A stretch of 64,000 nucleotides of DNA from the NCBI GenBank assembly GCA_040954595.2, contig CM082578.2, forward strand, positions 2,648,831 through 2,712,830, read 5' to 3'. The notes under the pieces are model-generated. The model was not told the DNA's origin. It saw only the letters and a program-made list of their open reading frames with translations, and made no database searches. Positions 11,538-23,097 of the stretch are shown one piece after another (position 1 is the first letter of the stretch; each line of letters opens with the position of its first letter). The position numbers and the translations under genes are program-made. This DNA is from Balanoglossus misakiensis. Lineage: Eukaryota > Animalia > Hemichordata.

Positions 11538-14261
11538 AGGTACATGAGCTGCAACTGGATAACAAATTCAAGTTTTAATAATCTCATATAATGCTTTTAA
11601 TTATGTCTATGATATTTCATGATAATATATCAAGCTCAACACTTATTTATGACAAAATGGCCAAAAATTAAAGAAGAACGAAAACTCAGTGGTATCGTGG
11701 CCCCTACACGACAATTTCAATTTATTATTTTGAAAGTTAAACTTTAATTTTAGATAGACAATATCTTTTCCCAAAAAGTAAACTTTAATTTTGGTGGCGG
11801 CAACTAATTTTGATGGACAAAACTTTTTGATTTTGACAGTAAAACTTTAATTTTACTTATCACAAATTTTATTTTAGAGAACCAAATTTATTTTTCGAAA
11901 GTAAATTTTATTTTTTCCAAGAATAATATTTTAATAAAGATTTATTTTGTCCAAAATAAACAGTAACAACTTGAGATAAACTTATTCATACTACGTGGAT
12001 TTTTTTTTTCAAAAAGAAATGTTTTGCTTTTTAAAGAAAAAGTTTATTTTGTAAAATTGCAAATTATTTTTCCCAGGTGAAAATATTTTACGGAGTTAAA
12101 TTTTAATTTACATTTAAATAACCTTTAAACACTCGAGATAAAATTATCTGTACTCGATGGAATTATTTTACTTTTTAAAACAAAATGTTTATATTGCTTA
12201 AGAAAAAAAAATATTTTCTAAAGTAACAAATCATTTTTCCCGGGTGAAAATTTTATTTTACAGGGGTAAATTTAATATGATTTCTAGTAACACAACTTAT
12301 GGGGGCGCTCCTTCTAATGCTACTGACAAACTTTTGTTATGAGGGCGCAATTCAGGTTTCGGCGTGCGAATTTCTTTTACATGCATGACAAAATATATTT
12401 TCAGAAAGCAAAATATTTTTTTCTTCGCGGCGGAAATGAAGCTATCCCACAATTCCCGTACATGAGAACGTTACAGGAGTACATACATCCAACAAACAGA
12501 TGAGATGGCTATCTATCCACAGTGCAATGTTTACAGATTGTATCTACTACGGCCGGGGCAGACAAATCCGGACAATCTCGCCGCCATCGTAGACCTTTAA
12601 ATGACGCTGTCGATCAAATCGAATACAAGATGTAGGGGAGTCGGTCCGTGGGAGAAATCGGCCAGGTGCGAACTCGGCTCGTAAAATCATTGAAATTAAA
12701 GTTCTTTAAATTATGTTTCGATTAACCGGCTGTCCCTTCCAATTTCGGGGGTTTCACATCGAGGACGGACTGAAGCAGCTCCACGCGACCACTTTGGAAA
12801 ACTTCCCGGTGACCTCATAAGAGGCAGCGCGTCCATCTACGTGATCGTTAAATTCGAGGCACGGTTCCGAGGGACCATGTCTGAGGTCATGTTTTCTAGA
12901 GCGGCTATCTATAACTCAGCGTGGCCAGTCGGCCGCGGTGGGTTCGATAATCAGCTCGAAAGTCGACCATCATATGGAAATTGTTTGCCGTCGATGTCCA
13001 AGTAAACAATAGCGTGTAAGGTGAACATGTGTGGGTGGGATCGACCATTTTACCCTAAACGGAACAGCCGGTTAATGGGACTGTTTTGTCTGCGCCCATG
13101 GTGTCCTGATTAAACGGCGGCGACTGTACCACGGTCATTCCACAAACTGCCTAGTGACAGGGACAGAGCAGCACTGTGGTTTACTGTACACGTAAAATGT
13201 GAAGCATACACGAAACTAAATTTAAAGGACTTTAATTTAAACGATCCTACGAGCCAAGTTCGCACCTGGCCGATTTCTCCCACGGACCGACTCCCCTAGA
13301 TCTTGTATTCGATTTGATCGACAGCGTCATTCAAAGGTCTACGATGGCGGCGAAATTGTCCGGATTTGTCTGCCCCGGCCGTAGTAGATACAATCCGTAA
13401 ACATTGCACTGTGGATAGATAGCCATCTCATCTGTTTGTTGGATTTCGCAAGCCGAAACCTGAATAGCGCCCCCATGAAAAAGTTTGTCAGTAGCAATAG
13501 ATAGAGCGCCCCCATAAGTTGTGTAACTAGAAATTAGATAAAAATATATTTACATCTGTAAAATAAAATTTTCACCCGCGAAAAGTAATGTTACTTAAAA
13601 AAGTTTTACAAAATTAAATATTTCTTTCCGAAAATAAAAAAATTCTATGTAGTATAGATAATATTTTATCCAAAGTGTTAGAAGTTTATTTTGGAAAAAA
13701 ATCTTAAAATTTTACTCTCGGAAAAAATAAAATTGGCTTTCGGAAATTAAACTTTTGTTCTCTAAAATAAGAGTTGTGTAAAGTAAAATTAAAGTTTTAC
13801 TGTCAATATTAAAAAGTTTACTCCACTGAAATTGAAATTGTGTGCGTCAAAATTATAGTTGCCTTCACCAAAACTTAAGTTTACTTTTGGGAGAAGATAT
13901 TGTCTATAATTTTGAAAGTTTAACTTTCAAAATAATATTTTAGGCGTGACATGAGGGGGCCACCGACAGTGGTGTACATTTACTTCCATGAGCTCAAGTG
14001 GATGAGATCGTGTTTTATTTATGAAGTTTCATAACTGGAAATGCAACATTTTCATTGTTTCTTGCATTTTCCCACGGTGGCGGCCATAATCACTTGCGGC
14101 AAAGCTTTATTATTTATCTGGTTAAAACTTGCATATGCACTCATATTTAGGGTTTACAATGCTTGTGTATAGTTCACTGCCTTCATCTGCATGGACTAAT
14201 GGTAGTGCAGTTTGAAACAAAAATTATGAAAATTATCCCAAAAGTTACAGCTTACGTGCCT
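11538..14261. mobile_element. Kolobok-like non-autonomous element nested in the Harbinger element
   Basis: ttaa|AGGTACATGAGCTGCAACT ... AGTTACAGCTTACGTGCCT|ttaa. Confidence 0.65.
11695..13966. mobile_element. Foldback element with ~0.75-1 kb inverted arms
   Basis: Arms ~11695-12712 and ~13218-13966. Flanks CAGTGGTA (11687-11694) and CAGTGGTG (13967-13974) form a 7/8 TSD. Inner arm segments ~12487-12712 and ~13218-13444 are near-identical. Confidence 0.8.
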
Positions 14262-16494
14262 TTAAATCCTTGTAAAACAGGGGAGAAGATTATGGGGAAA
14301 TTGAAGAAAGTTGCGAAATTTAACATTAAGATTACTGAATTATAAAACTGCACATCATACAAATGCGTGAAAAATGCTGAGCCAAAAGTTGTGCCAATCT
14401 GTAAAAACGTTATTATAAACAAAATCCATGTTTCGAAATGCAGCGAAAGTAATAACAAGGCAAGTGGGACATTTCATTGTAGAAGAACGAAGTAGGCCTA
14501 TATTTTGTAAAGAGGAAATATATTGCCTGATAGATTTGCTTGTATGTATGTAAAATAATACAAATAGAACTATATTTGTATTTAAAAGTTGATATGACCG
14601 GGCGAAATAGACACGTGTTTTGCCCAAAAAGATATATGATGTACACTGACTGTGTAAGAACTCTTGAACTGTGGGCGACAATCATAAGCTGGCGTTTTCT
14701 TATTCTGAAATTTGGTTACGATATATCTGGTTACGGTACCCCAAAAATCGGAAACGCAATCAATGTCGAGTCAATCATCATAACCATTTTCACGGAACTG
14801 AATAGTAGTTTATTTTCATATTATCACTGGCAAGATAAACTAGTTGAAAGTCTCTTTAACAAAACTTGAGTTTATATGGAAATATTAAACTATAAATACA
14901 TACAAATATCCGATTTCATAGCAAATACTTATTTCCCAAAATTTTCGGAAGTCTACAGGTCTACAGTATGTAGTTCCTGGTTCGGAAAATAACAAATAAA
15001 AACCATTTTCGCATGTGCAGATGTCAAAAATTTATTCGAGGCAAAGTGGTAACGCGGGCAACCGCTTGCGCGTCAGGCAGCTCGTCGCCCGAAAATCCGA
15101 CATGACGGATTTCGAGGCGACGTCGCCAGACGCGTTCCAGCGACGCGACTACATCATACACACGAGCCAACTCACCGAGCAACTCGGGTTGCGCGTCGAG
15201 TTGCCTGCCGAGTTGCCTCGTGTAACTCGGCCTTAAGTCGTACAGCTCGTACTGCCTAAATCGTGGACGCGGTCAATTACAAAAGCTTGCTCTCAATAAA
15301 CATAACTTCAGTCATTTCTTTTCTTTTGACACTGTTCTCAAGTCTTCAAAATATGAATCACTGTGGCAATCAAGATGAACCGCGGACATACGTGCATGTA
15401 CACAGTGCCCGTAGCTCTGCGTGGCAGCCGGGGCTTTGTGTGTACGTCTGCGGTAATAAAACACGCAGCCCAGCCAAGCAGAGCTAACAGTGCCCGTAGC
15501 ACTCGGCCGTAGCATCGGCAATAATGCACTGAAAAGTGACATTGCAAATCGTAGGAGTATATCTGTAGGAACAGAGTCATACACAGTTTTACAGTAATTT
15601 AATTTTTTTATTATATCCAAGAAAGTGTGGCTCGTTTCACGGTCACTAGACAAAACAAATCGCGCAGTTCACTTCACATCGTGTACACTGGCTGCGCCTG
15701 CACGAAACGCGGAAGTCGAGCCGTGTCACGGAAAGTGCAAGGTTCACAAGAAAGCGCCGCACTTTTTTATAAAACGTCCGAAACACTTCAAATTTCACAC
15801 AGCCTTAGACTGATAAATAACCTAACTTGCAGTGTGAAGATTATCGTGCAACCTCCAATATTTCTTGAGATACGGTTCGGTAAACTTGAAAAACATCACA
15901 ATACCTCCGTTTTTCATTCACGGTCGATCGTGGGAAAAAACGTCTAAAACCCAATCCCACCATGCTTAAGGCGCGATAATCTGCCAACATATCCGTACGA
16001 TTCTAGTTTTATCGATACTGTTGTCATTTCAAGGTAAAGACTCTCCAATCGGACAAAATCGCCCGTGTTTTCTGAAGGTTAGCGCAACAACATAAATAAG
16101 TCCCCATTTTGAAAATAGTCACGTGACTTTTGCCAATAAACGCCCTCATCGTTGGGTGGTTGCGTTCGGGCTGTTGATAGGGACATTTGCATTATATCCC
16201 CCCCCCCCTCAAAAAAGACGTACTATGATCGGATCATATGACTAAGTGTCCAACTGAGCGCTTCTTGGACTCTGCCATTCTCTGGTGGGGACGGCCCGTT
16301 GGGAGGGTGAGAGTGGCGAGTCACCTGAATGGTCGTAGACATTTATGAAAGAAAAAAACTTTAATTTATTTTGGAACAAAACACTGGATTTTCTTAACAA
16401 AATTACTCTTTTATATTTTGGCCGTGAATGATCCGTTTGTTGTTATGTTTTCTCTTTTTAGTGCAGGTGAGCGACCGATCTCCATAAAACCTGA

Positions 16495-16978
16495 TCCTAA
16501 ACCCTACTAACGAATACATGAGAAGTCCGGCGGCCAGTTTGCAAGTCGGCCAGCGCTTACAGTCGGCCAGTATTAGAAGTCGGCCAGTATGAGAAGTCGG
16601 CCTTGGTACTTTGGTACTTTGCGTTTTATAAATGTTTCACTACGAAATGTTTCCTTGATGTACAGGAGCTGAGATATCTGTACAAATAGCCGATGAATTT
16701 TAAAAACTGTTGGAATCACTTCGCATGTATGTTAACAGTCCCTTGCACTTAGCTGCGCTATTGTGCTGTCAAGATTGTGTGTGTGGGGGGGGGGGGACCG
16801 TCCATCTGAACATATTTAGTGCAGTTATATTTTATTAAGCGTTGTTATAAGTAATCTGGGTCATTACTGCACTATTCGGGTTCAAGTTCAACAGCTGGCC
16901 GACTTCTCATTGGACGGGTAGTGGCCGACTTCTCCTACTAGGCCGACTTCTCAGGACACCCTATTAACCCTAACCTTA
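16495..16978. repeat. Element with inverted arrays of AGTCGGCCAG / CTGGCCGACTTCTC motifs and CCCTAA-like ends
   Basis: About five AGTCGGCC motifs at ~16520-16602 face three inverted GGCCGACTTCTC motifs at ~16895-16952. Superfamily not determined. Confidence 0.5.
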
Positions 16979-17146
16979 AACCCATAAAATCGTAAAAAGT
17001 AATGTCATAAGTTGCAGCTCATCATGTGCCTTTAAATAAGAAAATCCAAAAACCACAATTATAAGCACGAAATTCCAATAATTTTCAAGAGTAGGCGTGG
17101 TGAGGAGTGGATGTAGACAGCAGACACGCATAAGCATAGTAATCAT

Positions 17147-17373
17147 TAGACTAGCCCACTAGTCGCTTGGTGATTTTTAAATCTCAATACTTTTTATGTT
17201 TTCGGTGTTTTTTGTCTTAATAATTTCAATACTTTTTGCGTGCATGCGTGCCTTGAGCGTGTTTTTGCTAGTGAGGCGAGTTTCGAATTTGGGAATGAGC
17301 TTGTGGTTTCGGGTAGACGCGCGCCGACGCGTTCCCTACACATAATGAAGCCCGTAGACTTGGAGCAAGTCTG
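17147..17373. mobile_element. MITE, older copy of the 52232-52462 family
   Basis: TAGACTAGCCCACTAGTCGCTTGGTG...GACTTGGAGCAAGTCT is collinear with 52232-52462; flanking TSD is degraded. Confidence 0.8.
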
Positions 17374-19441
17374 AGTACTAAGCATTTGAAAATGGCGTGT
17401 TTGGTTTGCGCGTTGTCCCCACCAGAGAATGGTAGTGTCCAAGAAGCGCTCGGCTGGCACACTTTAGTCAAAATGATCCCTATAATCTAGTATACTGTTG
17501 ACAGTTACATTTAAACAACGCTGTCGCAATTCCTTGAAAAATGATGCGGACGCCCGGGAACGGGCACTTGAAAGTTATTACAACATTTTTGAAAGTATTG
17601 TCATTTTTAATGTGGATTTTTGGATTCTCCTTTGTATACATAATGAAAATCCGTAATAAAATATAGAGGTCACCGCGCTTGTTTTTTTAAAAAAACGAGC
17701 CATGAATTAAGTCGATAAAAAAAGAAAACTACAGACTCAGTATTTATCACGAATGGTTTGTCTATGGGGAAATATTTAACGAAATGTATCTCGAAATTGA
17801 GCGCGGTGACCATTCGATTTTACTGGACTGAATGAATGAATTAATTTATCTTTACTTGACAGAGCTATCGTGAACATTACAACAGTAGAAGTGGGTTTTC
17901 TAGCTATTCCACGTGTAATCCTATGGAAAAAAGATGAACGCGCGTAGTTTTCCAGTTTAATCTGGTACTCACTGGATACCAAGTACCCCTGCCATTGCAA
18001 TAGGTGTTAATAGTATTTTCCCTTTGCATGCAAATATCCTTGGGTCGCCCCTTTTGTCTCGATAAAATAAATCGATACCGTGACAGCAGTGAACTGTAAC
18101 CACCTGCATTTTTACAATAGTGTTTTTCCGAGTTGGACTGAAACACCAATGAGCGACGCGTTTCTCCGAATGCTGAAATATGCTCTATGCGTTTTGGCGG
18201 TTGAATATATTTGAATATATTTTATTTGAACAAGACGTTCGAGAAACAAACCTCATTTTTTCACAGGGCGAGCTCCAAGCAACATCTTACAGAAGCGGAT
18301 CTCTGCGTGCCCGTGTCTCCAACCTGCTGCGATGCGCACTAAAGATAAGTTTTCCTTTTACATTTAACATGATTTACTGGTTAGACCTAAATTATATGTA
18401 TACTTTCAGCCCGGTTCAAATCCATTGTACTGCATTTTCTGTGTATTTTACCGGTATTTTCGGAAAGACACACGCCTAAAATGTACCACGGTTGGGTACA
18501 AACGATTTGTCCAGTAGACATGTACACATGACGTTTTCGAATTTCATTCTATGATTTGCATGATCGGTGTTTTTCAAAGAAAATAGGCTAAATCGATTGC
18601 AAAACGCGCCATAATTTCGCGATATTGGTAACCTTCACATGTAATTAAATGGGCCGACCGGTTTATAAATTAGCTGTCCATATGAGCCAGGATCTGACAG
18701 CCGACCTGCAGACTCAGGCAGTTCGCACATGCACCACATTGCACCAACCCACTAACCCCTGTCTGGGGCTAGAGGTATGCTGCTAGATACCTATGGGGGT
18801 CCAAATTCTCCTAAAATTTTCGGTAAGAACAGTTTTTTTTTATGGGAAAGATAGGCGTTTGTCATTCACGCAAAAGTTTTTATCTGACACGCGAGATTTT
18901 AGTAAAATTATAGGTGACTTTTGCTATCTAAGTTGCATGTTATAAAACGGCACAGCAGTTCATAATTTTTATTCGGAAAGGTGGAAAGAAACTACATAGT
19001 TGCAAAACGCCACAATTTCGCGATATCGGCCGTCCAGTTTACAAATTAGCTGTTTGAAACTTTTCTGAAATGATAGGTGTCTTCGGTAAACTAAGTTGCA
19101 TGTTATGTATAAAATAATGACGCGGTTGATCGTTTTTATTCGGAACAAATAAAGAAACTGCCTGGTTGCAAAAAAGTCTTCGCGATATCGGTCTTCCAGT
19201 TTACAGATTAGCTGCTTGAAACTTTTTTTTAAAACACTTTCGAAGATAAGGATGCGCGCCCAGACCAGTTCCACCAATTCTCTCGGCAATATCGCATAGG
19301 CCTAATTCACGAAGAAGCCCCGCGCCCAAGCTTCTCTGAAATTCCGTTTTTCGTTTCTCAACACCATTTCTTTTCCCCTTTCCCAGAAGAATATTTGAAA
19401 GTTTCATCCGTCCACACAAGTCTCTTTCTGCTTTCTCAATA

Positions 19442-20068
19442 GTCATCGTGTCAGAAGAGAAGACAACCAAACAGCAGATTGGCACCGAGCGAGCGAGCAG
19501 GAAGGGCACATCTTTGATGACCGGATCTTCAAACTGCAATATTTGTCCGACAGACACACTTCGTTTTCGTTCCATGATTTTCCTGCCACACAAGTCTCTT
19601 TCTGCTGTCATCGTGTCAGAAGAGAAGACAACCAAACAGCAGATTGGCACCGAGCGAGCGAGCAGGAAAGGCACATCTTTGATGACCGGATCTTCAAACT
19701 GCAATATTTGTCCGACAGACACACTTCGTTTTCGTTCCATGATTTTCCTGCCACACAAGTCTCTTTCTGCTGTCATCGTGTCAGAAGAGAAGACAACCAA
19801 ACAGCAGATTGGCACCGAGCGAGCGAGCAGGAAAGGCACATCTTTGATGACCGGATCTTCAAACTGCAATATTTGTCCGACAGACACACTTCGTTTTCGT
19901 TCCATGATTTTCCTGCCACACAAGTCTCTTTCTGCTGTCATCGTGTCAGAAGAGAAGACAACCAAACAGCAGATTGGCACCGAGCGAGCGAGCAGGAAGG
20001 GCACATCTTTGATGACCGGATCTCCAAACTGCAATATTTGTCCGACAGACACACTTCGTTATCGTTCC
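19442..20068. repeat. 165-bp tandem repeat, ~3.8 near-identical copies
   Basis: GTCATCGTGTCAGAAG recurs at 19442, 19607, 19772 and 19937. The unit is 55 codons, which explains the repetitive ORFs on both strands. Confidence 0.95.
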
Positions 20069-20691
20069 GTGAATGTCGCGATTGGTGTTTTTTTTAAGTG
20101 ACCCTTGAAAGTGCAATATTTAAAGTTATAACGCGAACGCCCATAAGATCAATTTTTCATGGCCTTTACTTGTTTCAACAAAGTCATGCCAGAAGACACC
20201 AACTTTGAAGTCAAGATACCGGTAAACCAGCCCATTCTCGCCATTCTCTTTCTGTCTTCTCAACAGTCAGATCCAGAAGAAATTAAAGAGAAGGCAACCA
20301 GATTTCACGAAGGAAGGCCCACGCAAAAGTCATGCTGGAAGAAACGAAATTTGAAGTGAAGAAACCAGCAGTAAACCAGTCGCCATTGTATGAAAAATGG
20401 ACTTTAAAGAGAAGACAAAGAGAATCTGGCCCACCACCACCACCACCATCCCACTCCACCAACCTCAACATTACATATTCTTATTTGGCATCTTGCCACA
20501 TTATATTAAACAGTTTCTTTCTGCTTTCTCAACAGTTACTGTGTCAGGTGAAATCAAATTTTAGGAGGAGGCAATCAGAATCCAGTGCAATCTTCGACAT
20601 ATTATGCTACGCATCCGTCTGTATGGTCAATCCATCTTTCCACACATACTAATCAATTTCTTTGTGATTTCTCCACAGATTTATCACACAG

Positions 20692-23097
20692 ATACCCCAG
20701 GATGAAGACCAGAAGAACCAGAACACCAAGAAGAAGACGAAGAAAAACCCAGCTTTAATTTCGGTATGTGTTATTCCATGTAATTAATGCAAAATTATTT
20801 TAAAATATACTAACCATTTTTCCCCTTTGATTCCTTCAACAGATACCCCAGGATGAAGACCAGAAGAACCAGAACACCAAGAAGAAGACGAAGAAAAACC
20901 CAGCGTTAATTTCGGTATGTGTTATTCCATGTAATTAATGCAAAATTATTTTAAAATATACTAACCATTTTTCCCCTTTGATTCCTTCAACAGATACCCC
21001 AGGATGAAGACCAGAAGAACCAGAACACCAAGAAGAAGACGAAGAAAAACCCAGCGTTAATTTCGGTATGTGTTATTCCATGTAATTAATGCAAAATTAT
21101 TTTAAAATGTACTAACCATTTTTCCCCTTTGATTCCTTCAACAGATACCCCAGGATGAAGACCAGAAGAACCAGAACACCAAGAAGAAGACGAAGAAAAA
21201 CCCAGCGTTAATTTCGGTATGTGTTATTCCATGTAATTAATGCAAAATTATTTTAAAATATACTAACCATTTTTCCCCTTTGATTCCTTCAACAGATACC
21301 CCAGGATGAAGACCAGAAGAACCAGAACACCAAGAAGAAGACGAAGAAAAACCCAGCTTTAATTTCGGTATGTGTTATTCCATGTAATTAATGCAAAATT
21401 ATTTTAAAATATACTAACCATTTTTCCCCTTTGATTCCTTCAACAGATACCCCAGGATGAAGACCAGAAGAACCAGAACACCAAGAAGAAGACGAAGAAA
21501 AACCCAGCGTTAATTTCGGTATGTGTTATTCCATGTAATTAATGCAAAATTATTTTAAAATATACTAACCATTTTTCCCCTTTGATTCTTTCAACAGATA
21601 CCCCAGGATGAAGACCAGAAGAACCAGAACACCAAGAAGAAGACGAAGAAAAACCCAGCGTTAATTACGGTATGTGTTTATCCATGTATAAAATGCAAAT
21701 TTATTTTAAAATATACTAACCATTTTTCCCCTTTGATTCCTTCAACAGATACCCCAGGATGAAGACCAGAAGAACCAGAACACCAAGAAGAAGACGAAGA
21801 AAAACCCAGCTTTAATTTCGGTATGTGTTATTCCATGTAATTAATGCAAAATTATTTTAAAATATACTAACCATTTTTCCCCTTTGATTCCTTCAACAGA
21901 TACCCCAGGATGAAGACCAGAAGAACCAGAACACCAAGAAGAAGACGAAGAAAAACCCAGCGTTAATTACGGTATGTGTTTATCCATGTATAAAATGCAA
22001 ATTTGTTTTAAAATATTCTAACCATTTTTCCCCTTTGATTCTTTCAACAGATACCCCAGGATGAAGACCAGAAGAACCAGAACACCAAGAAGAAGACGAA
22101 GAAAAACCCAGCGTTAATTACGGTATGTGTTTATCCATGTATAAAATGCAAATTTATTTTAATATATTCTAACCATTTTTCCCCTTTGATTCCTTCAACA
22201 GATACCCCCGGATGAAGACCAGAAGACGAAGACCAGAAGACCAAGGAGAAGACGAAGACCAGAAGACCAACAAGAAGACGAAGAAAAACCCAGCGTTAAT
22301 TACGGTATGTGTTAATCCATGTATAAAATGCAAAATTATTTTAAAATATTCTAACCATTTTTCCCCTTTGATTCCTTCAACAGATACCCCCGGATGAAGA
22401 CCAGAAGACGAAGACCAGAAGACCAAGGAGAAGACGAAGACCAGAAGACCAAGGAGAAGACGAAGACCAGAAGACCAACAAGAAGACGAAGAAAAACTCA
22501 GCGTTAATTACGGTATGTGTTAATCCATGTATAAAATGCAAAATTATTTTAAAATATACTAACCATTTTTCCCCTTTGATTCCTTCAACAGATACCCCCG
22601 GATGAAGACCAGAAGACGAAGACCAGAAGACCAAGGAGAAGACGAAGACCAGAAGACCAAGGAGAAGACGAAGACCAGAAGACCAACAAGAAGACGAAGA
22701 AAAACCCAGCGTTAATTACGGTATGTGTTAATCCATGTATAAAATGCAAAATTATTTTAAAATATTCTAACCATTTTTCCCCTTTGATTCCTTCAACAGA
22801 TACCCCCGGATGAAGACCAGAAGACGAAGACCAGAAGACCAAGGAGAAGACGAAGACCAGAAGACCAAGGAGAAGACGAAGACCAGAAGACCAACAAGAA
22901 GACGAAGAAAAACTCAGCGTTAATTACGGTATGTGTTAATCCATGTATAAAATGCAAAATTATTTTAAAATATACTAACCATTTTTCCCCTTTGATTCCT
23001 TCAACAGATACCCCCGGATGAAGACCAGAAGACCAAGGAGAAGACGAAAGACCAGAAGACCAACGAGAAGACGAAGAAAAACCCAGCATTAATTTCG
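20692..23097 (+). repeat. Tandem array of 15 exon+intron units (151/182/208 bp)
   Basis: Exon starts at 20692, 20843, 20994, 21145, 21296, 21447, 21598, 21749, 21900, 22051, 22202, 22384, 22592, 22800, 23008. Each spacer is 79 nt: GTATGT ... CTAAC ... pyrimidine tract ... CAACAG. Confidence 0.9.

Larger units (their letters stand above)
10921..15233. mobile_element. Non-autonomous PIF/Harbinger-like element, outer shell of a nest
   Basis: TIR AGGCCGAGTTACAC..GGCAACTCGGCAGGCAACTCG..CGCGCAACCCGAGT inverted at ~15182-15233; TAA on both flanks (10918-10920, 15234-15236). No transposase ORF seen. Confidence 0.8.

Noticed and set aside
19201-20052. 283-aa minus-strand repetitive ORF as a protein
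   Set aside because: A consequence of a stop-free 165-bp unit; no ATG start, domain or splice support on that strand.
20692-22122. Selenoprotein/readthrough reading DTPG(TGA)RPEEPEHQEEDEEKPSVNF in the phase-1 frame
   Set aside because: The phase-0 frame is open without recoding, and I could not identify a SECIS element.
22169-23089. Hydrophobic minus-strand ORFs (MVFWSSSSGLHPG...)
   Set aside because: Antisense shadows of the purine-rich repeat; all splice signals are on the plus strand.
20692-23097. CRISPR-like regular array
   Set aside because: The spacers are near-identical copies with GT-AG intron signals, units are 151-208 bp, there are no cas genes and the context is eukaryotic.
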